The notes below the pieces were generated by a model. It did no database searches and had not been told where the DNA came from. It saw only the letters and a list, made by a program, of their open reading frames with translations. Below, one piece after another: positions 27,201 to 35,945 of a DNA stretch of 64,000 nucleotides. Position 1 is the first letter of the stretch; the number at the start of each line of letters is the position of its first letter. The translations under genes and the position numbers were made by a program. This DNA comes from Lepidodermella squamata (Eukaryota; Animalia; Gastrotricha): assembly GCA_047495785.1 (NCBI GenBank), contig JBLDXI010000050.1, positions 455,908 to 519,907 of the forward strand. Direction: 5' to 3'.

Positions 27201-30200
27201 CGACAGAACGCATCGTGTCTGTTTATTGTGGTAGCCATCACAGGAATTTCAGGAAATTCATTGCTCGGGTGCGAAACGATAATGCCTGCAGAAAAACGCA
27301 TCTTGTCCGATCATTTTAGTAGCTCTCACAGAAATTTCAGACAATTCATTGCCCTTGAGTGAATGGAGAATGCCTCGCCGACAGAACGCATCGTGTCTGT
27401 TTATTGTGGTAGCCATCACAGAAATTTCAGAAAATTTATTGCCCTTGAGTGAAAGGAGAATGCCTCGCCGACAGAACGCGTTGTGTCCGATCATTGTGGT
27501 AGCTCTCACAGAAATTTCAGTAAATTTATTGCCCTTGAGTGAAAGGAGAATGCCTCGCCGACAGAACGCGTTGTGTCTGCTTATTGTGTTAGCTGTCACA
27601 GAATTGTGAGAAAATTCATTTCTCGGGATCGAAACGATTTCAGGAAATTCATTGCTCGGGTGCGAAACGATAATGCCTGGCAGACAAAACGCATCGTGTC
27701 TGTTCATTGTGTTAGCTGTCACAGAAATGTCATGAAAAGAATTGTCTAGGAGGAAATTGAGAATACAGCCAGACAGAACGCATCGTGTCCGATCATTGTG
27801 GTAGCTCTCATAGAAATTTCAGAAAATTCATTTCTCGGTTGCGAATCGATAATGCCTGCAGAAAAACGCATCTTGTCCGATCATTTTAGTAGCTCTCACA
27901 GAAATTTCAGACAATTCATTGCCCTTGAGTGAATGGAGAATGCCTCGCCGACAGAACGCATCGTGTCTGTTTATTGTGGTAGCCATCACAGAAATTTCAG
28001 AAAATTTATTGCCCTTGAGTGAAAGGAGAATGCCTCGCCGACAGAACGCGTTGTGTCTGCTTATTGTGTTAGCTGTCACAGAATTGTGAGAAAATTCATT
28101 TCTCGGGATCGAAACGATTTCAGGAAATTCATTGCTCGGGTGCGAAACGATAATGCCTGGCAGACAAAACGCATCGTGTCTGTTCATTGTGTTAGCTGTC
28201 ACAGAAATGTCATGAAAAGAATTGTCTAGGAGGAAATTGAGAATACAGCCAGACAGAACGCATCGTGTCTGTTTATTGTGGTAGCCATCACAGGAATTTC
28301 AGGAAATTCATTGCTCGGGTGCGAAACGATAATGCCTGCAGAAAAACGCATCTTGTCCGATCATTTTAGTAGCTCTCACAGAAATTTCAGACAATTCATT
28401 GCCCTTGAGTGAATGGAGAATGCCTCGCCGACAGAACGCATCGTGTCTGTTTATTGTGGTAGCCATCACAGAAATTTCAGAAAATTTATTGCCCTTGAGT
28501 GAAAGGAGAATGCCTCGCCGACAGAACGCGTTGTGTCCGATCATTGTGGTAGCTCTCACAGAAATTTCAGTAAATTTATTGCCCTTGAGTGAAAGGAGAA
28601 TGCCTCGCCGACAGAACGCGTTGTGTCTGCTTATTGTGTTAGCTGTCACAGAATTGTGAGAAAATTCATTTCTCGGGATCGAAACGATTTCAGGAAATTC
28701 ATTGCTCGGGTGCGAAACGATAATGCCTGGCAGACAAAACGCAGCGTGTCCGATCGTTGTGATAGCTCTCACAGAAATTTCAGAAAATTCATTTCTCGGT
28801 TGCGAATCGATAATGCCTGCAGAAAAACGCATCTTGTCCGATCATTTTAGTAGCTCTCACAGAAATTTCAGAAAATTCATTGCCCTTGAGTGAATGAAGA
28901 ATGGCTCGCCGGCAGAACGCGACGTGTCCGATCATTGTGGTAGCTCTCACAGAAATTTCAGAAAATTTATTGCCCTCGAGTGAAAGGAGAATGCCTCGCC
29001 GACAGAACGCGTTGTGTCCGATCATTGTGGTAGCTCTCACAGAAATTTCAGAAAATTTATTGCCCTCGAGTGAAAGGAGAATGCCTCGCCGACAGAACGC
29101 GTTGTGTCCGATCATTGTGGTAGCTCTCACAGAAATTTCAGAAAATTTATTGCCCTTGAGTGAAAGGAGAATGCCTCGCCGACAGAACGCGTTGTGTCCG
29201 ATCATTGTGGTAGCTCTCACAGAAATTTCAGAAAATTCATTTCTCGGTTGCGAATCGATAATGCCTGCAGAAAAACGCATCTTGTCCGATCATTTTAGTA
29301 GCTCTCACAGAAATTTCAGACAATTCATTGCCCTTGAGTGAATGGAGAATGGCTCGCCGGCAGAACGCGACGTGTCCGATCATTTTGGTAGCTCTCACAG
29401 AAATTTCAGAAAATTTATTGCCCTTGAGTGAAAGGAGAATGCCTCGCCGACAGAACGCGTTGTGTCCGATCATTGTGGTAGCTCTCACAGAAATTTCAGA
29501 AAATTCATTTCTCGGGTGCGAAACGATAATGTGGTAGCTCTCACAGAAATTTCAGAAAATTCATTTCCCGGTTGCGAATCGATAATGCCTGCAGAAAAAC
29601 GCATCTTGTCCGATCATTTTAGTAGCTCTCACAGAAATTTCAGAAAATTCATTGCCCTTGAGTGAATGAAGAATGGCTCGCCGGCAGAACGCGACGTGTC
29701 CGATCATTGTGGTAGCTCTCGCAGAAAATTCATTGCCCTTGAGTGAATGGAGAATGGCTCGCCGACAGAACGCATCGTGTCTGTTTATTGTGGTAGCCAT
29801 CACAGGAATTTCAGGAAATTCATTGCTCGGGTGCGAAACGATAATGCCTGCAGAAAAACGCATCTTGTCCGATCATTTTAGTAGCTCTCACAGAAATTTC
29901 AGACAATTCATTGCCCTTGAGTGAATGGAGAATGCCTCGCCGACAGAACGCATCGTGTCTGTTTATTGTGGTAGCCATCACAGAAATTTCAGAAAATTTA
30001 TTGCCCTTGAGTGAAAGGAGAATGCCTCGCCGACAGAACGCGTTGTGTCCGATCATTGTGGTAGCTCTCACAGAAATTTCAGTAAATTTATTGCCCTTGA
30101 GTGAAAGGAGAATGCCTCGCCGACAGAACGCGTTGTGTCTGCTTATTGTGTTAGCTGTCACAGAATTGTGAGAAAATTCATTTCTCGGGATCGAAACGAT

Positions 30201-30348
30201 TTCAGGAAATTCATTGCTCGGGTGCGAAACGATAATGCCTGGCAGACAAAACGCAGCGTGTCCGATCGTTGTGATAGCTCTCACAGAAATTTCAGAAAAT
30301 TCATTTCTCGGTTGCGAATCGATAATGCCTGCAGAAAAACGCATCTTG
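21229..30348. repeat. 90-bp satellite, block 2 (transition zone, then diverged domain with 89/88/81/56/33-bp variant monomers)
   Basis: Same monomer core (TCATTGTGGTAGCTCTCACAGAAATTTCAGAAAATTCATT) with new diagnostic variants: TCTAGGAGGAAATCGAGAATACAGCC, CCTGCAGAAAAACGCATCTT and GGGATCGAAACGATTTC. Confidence 0.97.
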
Positions 30349-30675
30349 TGTAACCGGTGTGAAGTCGACCATGACGAACCGCCGCTCAGATCGTCGACAT
30401 GCTACGCATCACCGGCATCGTAGCGCGGTTCCACTCGGCTTACACCGCTACGGCTCACTGACGTTTTAGCGCGATCCCTGTAGCCGACACAGTAGCTGAT
30501 GTTTCGCATGACCGGTTCTCATCATCCGGAACCAACACGGCCTCGAAAAACAACCCATCCTGATAGTATTTAAGCTGATGTAATTTGTCGATAAAATAAC
30601 AAGTTGTACAAGTATAATAAAGTTGTGAGATTACCACTTCTGCCGTCTCTTGCCTAGTGTCGAACCCCTGTTACA
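30349..30675 (+). repeat. 5' LTR (327 bp)
   Basis: Direct repeat of 38595-38921. Begins TGTAAC and ends GTTACA. Contains TATTTAA (30567-30573, TATA-like) and AATAAA (30616-30621). Confidence 0.98.
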
Positions 30676-30678
30676 TTT

Positions 30679-30693
30679 TGGTGTCAGAAGTGG
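30679..30693 (+). promoter_or_regulatory. Primer-binding site complementary to the 3' end of tRNA-Leu(CAA)
   Basis: TGGTGTCAGAAGTGG, 3 nt after the 5' LTR, is the reverse complement of ...CCACTTCTGACACCA. That matches the 3' end of metazoan tRNA-Leu(CAA) as I recall it; not searched. Confidence 0.88.
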
Positions 30694-30900
30694 CTCTAGC
30701 CAAGAACGGCAGATCCCGCAGTCAAGTTGGAACCGGTCGACCCAAGCGAGCAAGACCAAACCGAAGCAAGCAACCAAGCTACTAACACTAGCAGAAGAAG
30801 CCAAGCGGAAGCAAGCAAACCATCCACCGACCTCCTTGCAATTACCCTAAAGAGACTTGGTCAGAAAACCAGCGCGCAGAAGAAGCCAGCAGCAACAACA

Positions 30901-32031
30901 ATGACGACAACTCTGTCTATCGACAAGGCGACGACGATCATCCCGAAAATCACCGGCGAATCATGGATGGCATTCGACAATGAGTGGCGACAATTCGTCG
31001 ATATCGTTCACGCTTGTGGTGGCGCCGACCCATTGCCGATACCAACGAGTGGAGCAGACCCAAATGCCTCGGAACCACAAAAATCCAAGGTCGAGAAGAT
31101 GCAATATTTTGTCAACATCCTGGGATCGTTCCTACGCGGAAAAGCACTTCAAGTCTGGTATGAAGGTAACCGAGACGACATCAAAACGCTAGCAACAGCA
31201 AAAGCAGTACTGGAGGAAGGCCTCAACCTAAGACTGACAGCAGGCAGAGCAACGAAGCAGTTCTTCTCACGCGTACAAGGCACAAACGAAACGGTACGTG
31301 ATTACATCGGCGACCTCAAACGCATAATGCAACACATGGGCAAAACGGAAAGCGAACGTGAGTACTGCCTGACACAACGTTTCCTAATGGGAATTAAACC
31401 AGCACTACGGGTGGCAGTCTTCCGGCACGGCGAACCGAAGTCACTACAGAGCGCGTATGAACTAGCAGCCCTAGAAGAAGCCGCGCTGAATTCAACGACA
31501 CTAAGCGAAAACGGAGCAGTTGTAGCCCAAGTATGGCCAACACCGGACGACATCGGAACCAACGACCCCGTGAAGCTACTGGTTCAGTTGGTACGCGATC
31601 AAAACGAGATGCTACAAACTATGAAATCGTTAGTCGGACGGAGCAATAATCGTGAGCCCGATCAACGACAGTTTAGCAATAACAACCGCCGATACCCACC
31701 ACGACAACAGCAAAACGGACGAAACGGTCAACAACAGCCGAGACCACCTACAGCGGGTTGCTACAATTGCGGACGCCACGGCCATATCGCGAGAAACTGT
31801 AACAACGGAAGATCTTGCTACAAGTGCGGACGACGAGGACACGTGCAAGCCCAATGTCGAAGTCAAGCACCTACAAACCAGACACCGAACGACCGTTACC
31901 CACAAAACCAACCCGACGCAACAGTAAAGCCATGGAACGTACAACAAGTCACGGAAGATCCGATCTACTGGCAACCGCAAGTCGACGAATGGGGAAACGC
32001 AAACGGGTCGACCCCTTGTCCGGGAAAGTAG
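30901..32031 (+). CDS. gag: Gag polyprotein (capsid-like region and two CCHC zinc knuckles), about 376 aa
   Basis: First ATG after the LTR is at 30901 (the frame is also open upstream, from the TTG at 30727). Retrotransposon capsid-like motifs FLRGKALQVW and RVQGTNETVRDYIGDL. Knuckles CYNCGRHGHIARNC and CYKCGRRGHVQAQC. Confidence 0.93.
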   Translation: MTTTLSIDKATTIIPKITGESWMAFDNEWRQFVDIVHACGGADPLPIPTSGADPNASEPQKSKVEKMQYFVNILGSFLRGKALQVWYEGNRDDIKTLATAKAVLEEGLNLRLTAGRATKQFFSRVQGTNETVRDYIGDLKRIMQHMGKTESEREYCLTQRFLMGIKPALRVAVFRHGEPKSLQSAYELAALEEAALNSTTLSENGAVVAQVWPTPDDIGTNDPVKLLVQLVRDQNEMLQTMKSLVGRSNNREPDQRQFSNNNRRYPPRQQQNGRNGQQQPRPPTAGCYNCGRHGHIARNCNNGRSCYKCGRRGHVQAQCRSQAPTNQTPNDRYPQNQPDATVKPWNVQQVTEDPIYWQPQVDEWGNANGSTPCPGK

Positions 32032-35000
32032 CGGAACGACCCAAGCAACAAGACGATACGAACGACCCGGAAGCATGTATGACGGTAAACAATGTAAATA
32101 ACAATAAGGTGGCGGGTTACGGATTACATGCTGATGTTTCATTTAATAGTAGTGATGTAGGAAAACATATATCGAAAAATTTGTTGTTTATGTTAGACAC
32201 AGGCGCAGAAATTAGTTGTATCAATAGCAAACATGTCCCGAAGTCAACAACCCTGGAACCAGCGTTAGCAGTCGGTGCAGACGGTCAAGACCTCAGCGTG
32301 CGAGGAAAAACCAAGTGCGAAGTTACCCCGGAAAATGGTCAAGCATACAAGGACGAAGTTTTGGTTGTCGAAGGTTTGTGCACCGACGGACTACTCGGGT
32401 TCGACTTCATGAAGCAAAACGCCAACGGTATCAACTTCCAACGCAAGACGCTCGAATTCAAGGAAGGTCCAGTAAAACTCAAAGAAGTCCAATCAAGGCG
32501 AAAAATGTTGGCAGCCGTACATGCTAGCGAAAAAGTGGAGATCCCAGCGTTCAGTGTCAAAGCGATCCGAGGTACCATTGGTGATGGTAAACGGAAATCG
32601 TACGGAACAGGCATCGTTGTCGGCGCCGAAAACACTTGCAATCAGAAAATGTGCGAAGTTATCCCTAGCCTGACAAAGACACCGTACGGACAAGTCAACG
32701 TACTTTATGTCAATCTGATGGACGAAGCGGTAAGCATTGAAAAAGATGAACCTATTGCAGGGTATGAAGAGGCCGAAGAAGCAACAATCCAAACGATCGG
32801 TAAATTCCGACGTGCGACCGAAACCGAAAGGAAGCAACTCCCAAAGCCAAACCTCCGCCAGCTGATCAAACTACACAGCGACATCCCGAAAGAACACGCC
32901 GAGAAATTCTACCAGCTAGCAGAAAAATACCCTGAAATCTTCTCTGTCTCGGACGACGATTTCGGGTACACCACCTACGTCAAGCACGAAATTCGAACAA
33001 ATGGCGGCCCAATCCGTCAAACCGGTTACCGCCTGGGACGAAGCCAACTGGAAGAAGTCGAGTCGAAAATCAAGGATATGCTTAAGAAAAAGGTAATTCG
33101 CCCCAGTTCATCTGCATGGTCATCACCGATCGTCATGGTACCCAAAAAGTCGGGCGAAATGAGATTCTGTGTCGACCTGCGCAAAGTCAACGACGTCACG
33201 GAGAAAGATGCGTTCCCACTACCACGTACCGACGACATATTGGAAGCACTGGGAGGATCGCAACTGTACAGTACTATGGACCTTACCAGCGGATACTGGC
33301 AATTGGAACTCGAAGAATCAAGCAAGGAGAAGACCGCGTTCGTCACACCCTTCGGACTCTACGAATTCAACCGCATGCCATTCGGGCTGTGTAACGCCCC
33401 AGCCACGTTTCAAAGATTGATGATGTTCGTACTAAACGGCCTGTTATACCGCGAAGTTTTGGTGTACCTCGACGACATCATCGTATTCAGCAAGACACTT
33501 GAAGAGCAACTCGAACGTCTTGAACGAGTTTTCATTCGACTGCGTGATGCAGGTTTGAAAATTAAACCATCTAAATGCAATTTTCTTTGTCCTTCAGTTA
33601 CCTACTTGGGACACGTCGTCTCGAAAGATGGTATCAAACCCGATCCGAATCGCATTTCAGCTGTCAAAAACTGGCCGACACCTAATAGTGCCGCACAAGT
33701 GCGATCATTCCTGGGCCTAGCCAATTATTATCGGCGTTTTGTTCCAAAATTCGCCGACATTGCGAAACCACTATACAATCTCCTCAAGAAAGGCGAGAAA
33801 TTCAACTGGACAACAGAAACAAAACAATCCTTCGAAACATTGCGTGACAAACTGGTTACTCACCCGATCTTGGCCTACCCGAACTTCGAGTTACCCTTCA
33901 GAGTCGACACTGATGCTTCAAACTTTGCTATCGGAGCCATCCTGAGTCAAAAACAAGACGGACAAGAACGAGTCATTGCCTACGCGAGCCGAACATTGAA
34001 CCAGGCTGAACGAAACTACATGACGACGGAACGAGAACTCTTGGCTGCAACATGGGGTGTGGCGCAATTCGCACCATTCTTGAAATCCAAAGCGCAAGGT
34101 GGAGCATTCGAGCTATGGACCGACCACAACCCTTTGACAAGTCTACGCGCTTTGAAAGATCGCGGAGGAAAGCTAGCACGATACGAGTATCAACTGATGC
34201 CCTATGAAATCACGTTCAAATGGAGAAAAGGCATCGACCATTCTAATGCCGATAGTCTGTCGCGAAGACCCGACCTTGAAGCTTTACCAATGGTCGGAAA
34301 AATCATCACGTTCGAACAACCAGACATCAACCGCGACGACGTTAAAATCGCACAACGAGAAGACGGAGAACTGAATTTGATTATAAAGCAATTGGAAGAG
34401 AATCCAGCGATCGGCGAAAAGTATGGTTTAAAATTAGCTGACAATGTTCTTTATCGTTACAGAGGTGAAAAAGGAGCAATCGTTATCCCGCCGGCGTTAA
34501 GACCTACAATTCTTAAGGCGATCCACGACGATATGGGTCACCTAGGCACCGAACGAACCCTTCAACGATTACGCGAACGATTCTACTGGCGCGGTTTCGA
34601 ACTCGATACCGAAATCTACGTCAAATGTTGCGAACAATGTCAACGCCGCAAGAACCCACCAAAAACCCCTGTGGCCCCGCTCAACCCGATTGTGGTCAAC
34701 CGACCAATGGAAATCGTCGGATGGGATGTCATGGGACCGATACAGCCAACATCGTCGAGTGGTCACCAGTACATTCTCGTCATTGGCGACTTATTCTCCA
34801 AATACATCGAAGCATTCCCAATGAAAAACTACACGTCGGAAACACTGCTAAAACACCTCAACGGTTTTATGCTTCGCCACGGAGTACCTCAAAAACTTTT
34901 GAATGATCAAGGTAGTTCGCTGAATTCTGAAGTTGTTGAACAGGTTTGCAAGATGCTGAAAATCAAACACGTTCGAACTTCGAGCTACCACGCCCAAACA

Positions 35001-35837
35001 AATGGTTTCGTTGAACGACAGAACCGGAACCTTCAAAACATGCTAGCCAAGTACCTTCACGGCAAGTCACAGCGCGAATGGGATAGTTACCTGCCAGTTG
35101 CAGTGTTCGCCTACAACACTTCGGAGCACGAATCAACGAAGTACATGCCATATTTCCTATGGTACGGACGACCGCCACGCATCCCGATCGATGCCTTGCA
35201 ACTGTACGAACCCTATCACGCCAGCGGTCTTACCCCATCGAAAGAAGACCCACAAGGCTATGCTACGAAAACATGGGCAGCACTGCGCGATGCGTACGAA
35301 GCGACACGGCAAAGACTCTTGAAAGCGCAAGCACGCCAAAAGGACCAGTACGACAAAAAGGAGAACGTGACAAACTACGTAACGGGACAATTGGTTTGGC
35401 TCAATTTACGCACGGTAAACACGAAAAATAACGAAGGTCGCAAATGGCTACTCAGTTGGCGAGGCCCGTTCACCGTACTGGCACCGTTGAAGAACAGCAC
35501 CTACTTGATTCGACTGTTTGATGGCAGTGGACCGGAGAAAGTTGTACACCACAATCGATTGAAACCGTATTTCGGATGCCCACCGAGAACGACTAAACAA
35601 TGGACGGAAAATGTTGGCAGTGACGATCTCGACGTAATCGTTGAAGACCCCGACGAATCAACCAATTGGCCAGAATTCTGGGCAAGTCACAATGTCGAGG
35701 AACAGTCGGAGCGACCGACGGTCGAGCAACCTGCACCGGCGAGAAGTGACGAACGAGTAATTCCGATCAGATCATTCACGGACGACTTCCTGGAGGAAAC
35801 GGATCGACTACTACAAGGATTGCCAATTCACAAATGA
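31815..35837 (+). CDS. pol: Pol polyprotein (protease, reverse transcriptase, RNase H, integrase), probably translated as Gag-Pol from about 31998
   Basis: Protease LDTGA. RT motifs MRFCVDLRKVN, MDLTSGYWQ, MPFGLCNAPATFQ and YLDDII. RNase H motifs TDAS, TERELLA and TDHNPL. Integrase HHCC (HDDMGH...CEQC), DDE core (WDVMGP, NDQG, VERQN) and GPF motif. No stops or frameshifts. Confidence 0.97.
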   Translation: MLQVRTTRTRASPMSKSSTYKPDTERPLPTKPTRRNSKAMERTTSHGRSDLLATASRRMGKRKRVDPLSGKVAERPKQQDDTNDPEACMTVNNVNNNKVAGYGLHADVSFNSSDVGKHISKNLLFMLDTGAEISCINSKHVPKSTTLEPALAVGADGQDLSVRGKTKCEVTPENGQAYKDEVLVVEGLCTDGLLGFDFMKQNANGINFQRKTLEFKEGPVKLKEVQSRRKMLAAVHASEKVEIPAFSVKAIRGTIGDGKRKSYGTGIVVGAENTCNQKMCEVIPSLTKTPYGQVNVLYVNLMDEAVSIEKDEPIAGYEEAEEATIQTIGKFRRATETERKQLPKPNLRQLIKLHSDIPKEHAEKFYQLAEKYPEIFSVSDDDFGYTTYVKHEIRTNGGPIRQTGYRLGRSQLEEVESKIKDMLKKKVIRPSSSAWSSPIVMVPKKSGEMRFCVDLRKVNDVTEKDAFPLPRTDDILEALGGSQLYSTMDLTSGYWQLELEESSKEKTAFVTPFGLYEFNRMPFGLCNAPATFQRLMMFVLNGLLYREVLVYLDDIIVFSKTLEEQLERLERVFIRLRDAGLKIKPSKCNFLCPSVTYLGHVVSKDGIKPDPNRISAVKNWPTPNSAAQVRSFLGLANYYRRFVPKFADIAKPLYNLLKKGEKFNWTTETKQSFETLRDKLVTHPILAYPNFELPFRVDTDASNFAIGAILSQKQDGQERVIAYASRTLNQAERNYMTTERELLAATWGVAQFAPFLKSKAQGGAFELWTDHNPLTSLRALKDRGGKLARYEYQLMPYEITFKWRKGIDHSNADSLSRRPDLEALPMVGKIITFEQPDINRDDVKIAQREDGELNLIIKQLEENPAIGEKYGLKLADNVLYRYRGEKGAIVIPPALRPTILKAIHDDMGHLGTERTLQRLRERFYWRGFELDTEIYVKCCEQCQRRKNPPKTPVAPLNPIVVNRPMEIVGWDVMGPIQPTSSSGHQYILVIGDLFSKYIEAFPMKNYTSETLLKHLNGFMLRHGVPQKLLNDQGSSLNSEVVEQVCKMLKIKHVRTSSYHAQTNGFVERQNRNLQNMLAKYLHGKSQREWDSYLPVAVFAYNTSEHESTKYMPYFLWYGRPPRIPIDALQLYEPYHASGLTPSKEDPQGYATKTWAALRDAYEATRQRLLKAQARQKDQYDKKENVTNYVTGQLVWLNLRTVNTKNNEGRKWLLSWRGPFTVLAPLKNSTYLIRLFDGSGPEKVVHHNRLKPYFGCPPRTTKQWTENVGSDDLDVIVEDPDESTNWPEFWASHNVEEQSERPTVEQPAPARSDERVIPIRSFTDDFLEETDRLLQGLPIHK
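31992..32052 (+). promoter_or_regulatory. -1 programmed ribosomal frameshift signal (G_GGA_AAC plus downstream structure)
   Basis: Heptamer G GGA AAC at 31992-31998 is correctly phased in the gag frame, and pol is in the -1 frame. After a 6-nt spacer, GGGTCG (32005-32010) can pair with CGACCC (32037-32042). Confidence 0.85.
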
Positions 35838-35924
35838 ACAGTAGTAACCAGTAACCCCGAAACCCTTAGTATGTAGTAAGATTAAAGAAAGTGGTTGCTG
35901 CGCGGCGTCAAGCGCCAGCGCAAG

Positions 35925-35945
35925 GTGTATGTGTTTTGTTTTTAG
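35925..35945 (+). promoter_or_regulatory. Putative 3' splice acceptor for env subgenomic mRNA
   Basis: T-rich tract GTGTTTTGTTTTTAG ends at 35945, immediately before the env ATG at 35946. Confidence 0.7.

Noticed and set aside
30727-30900. TTG-initiated N-terminal extension of Gag
   Set aside because: The T-poor leader is stop-free by composition, and the first ATG at 30901 has good context. Non-AUG initiation cannot be supported from sequence.
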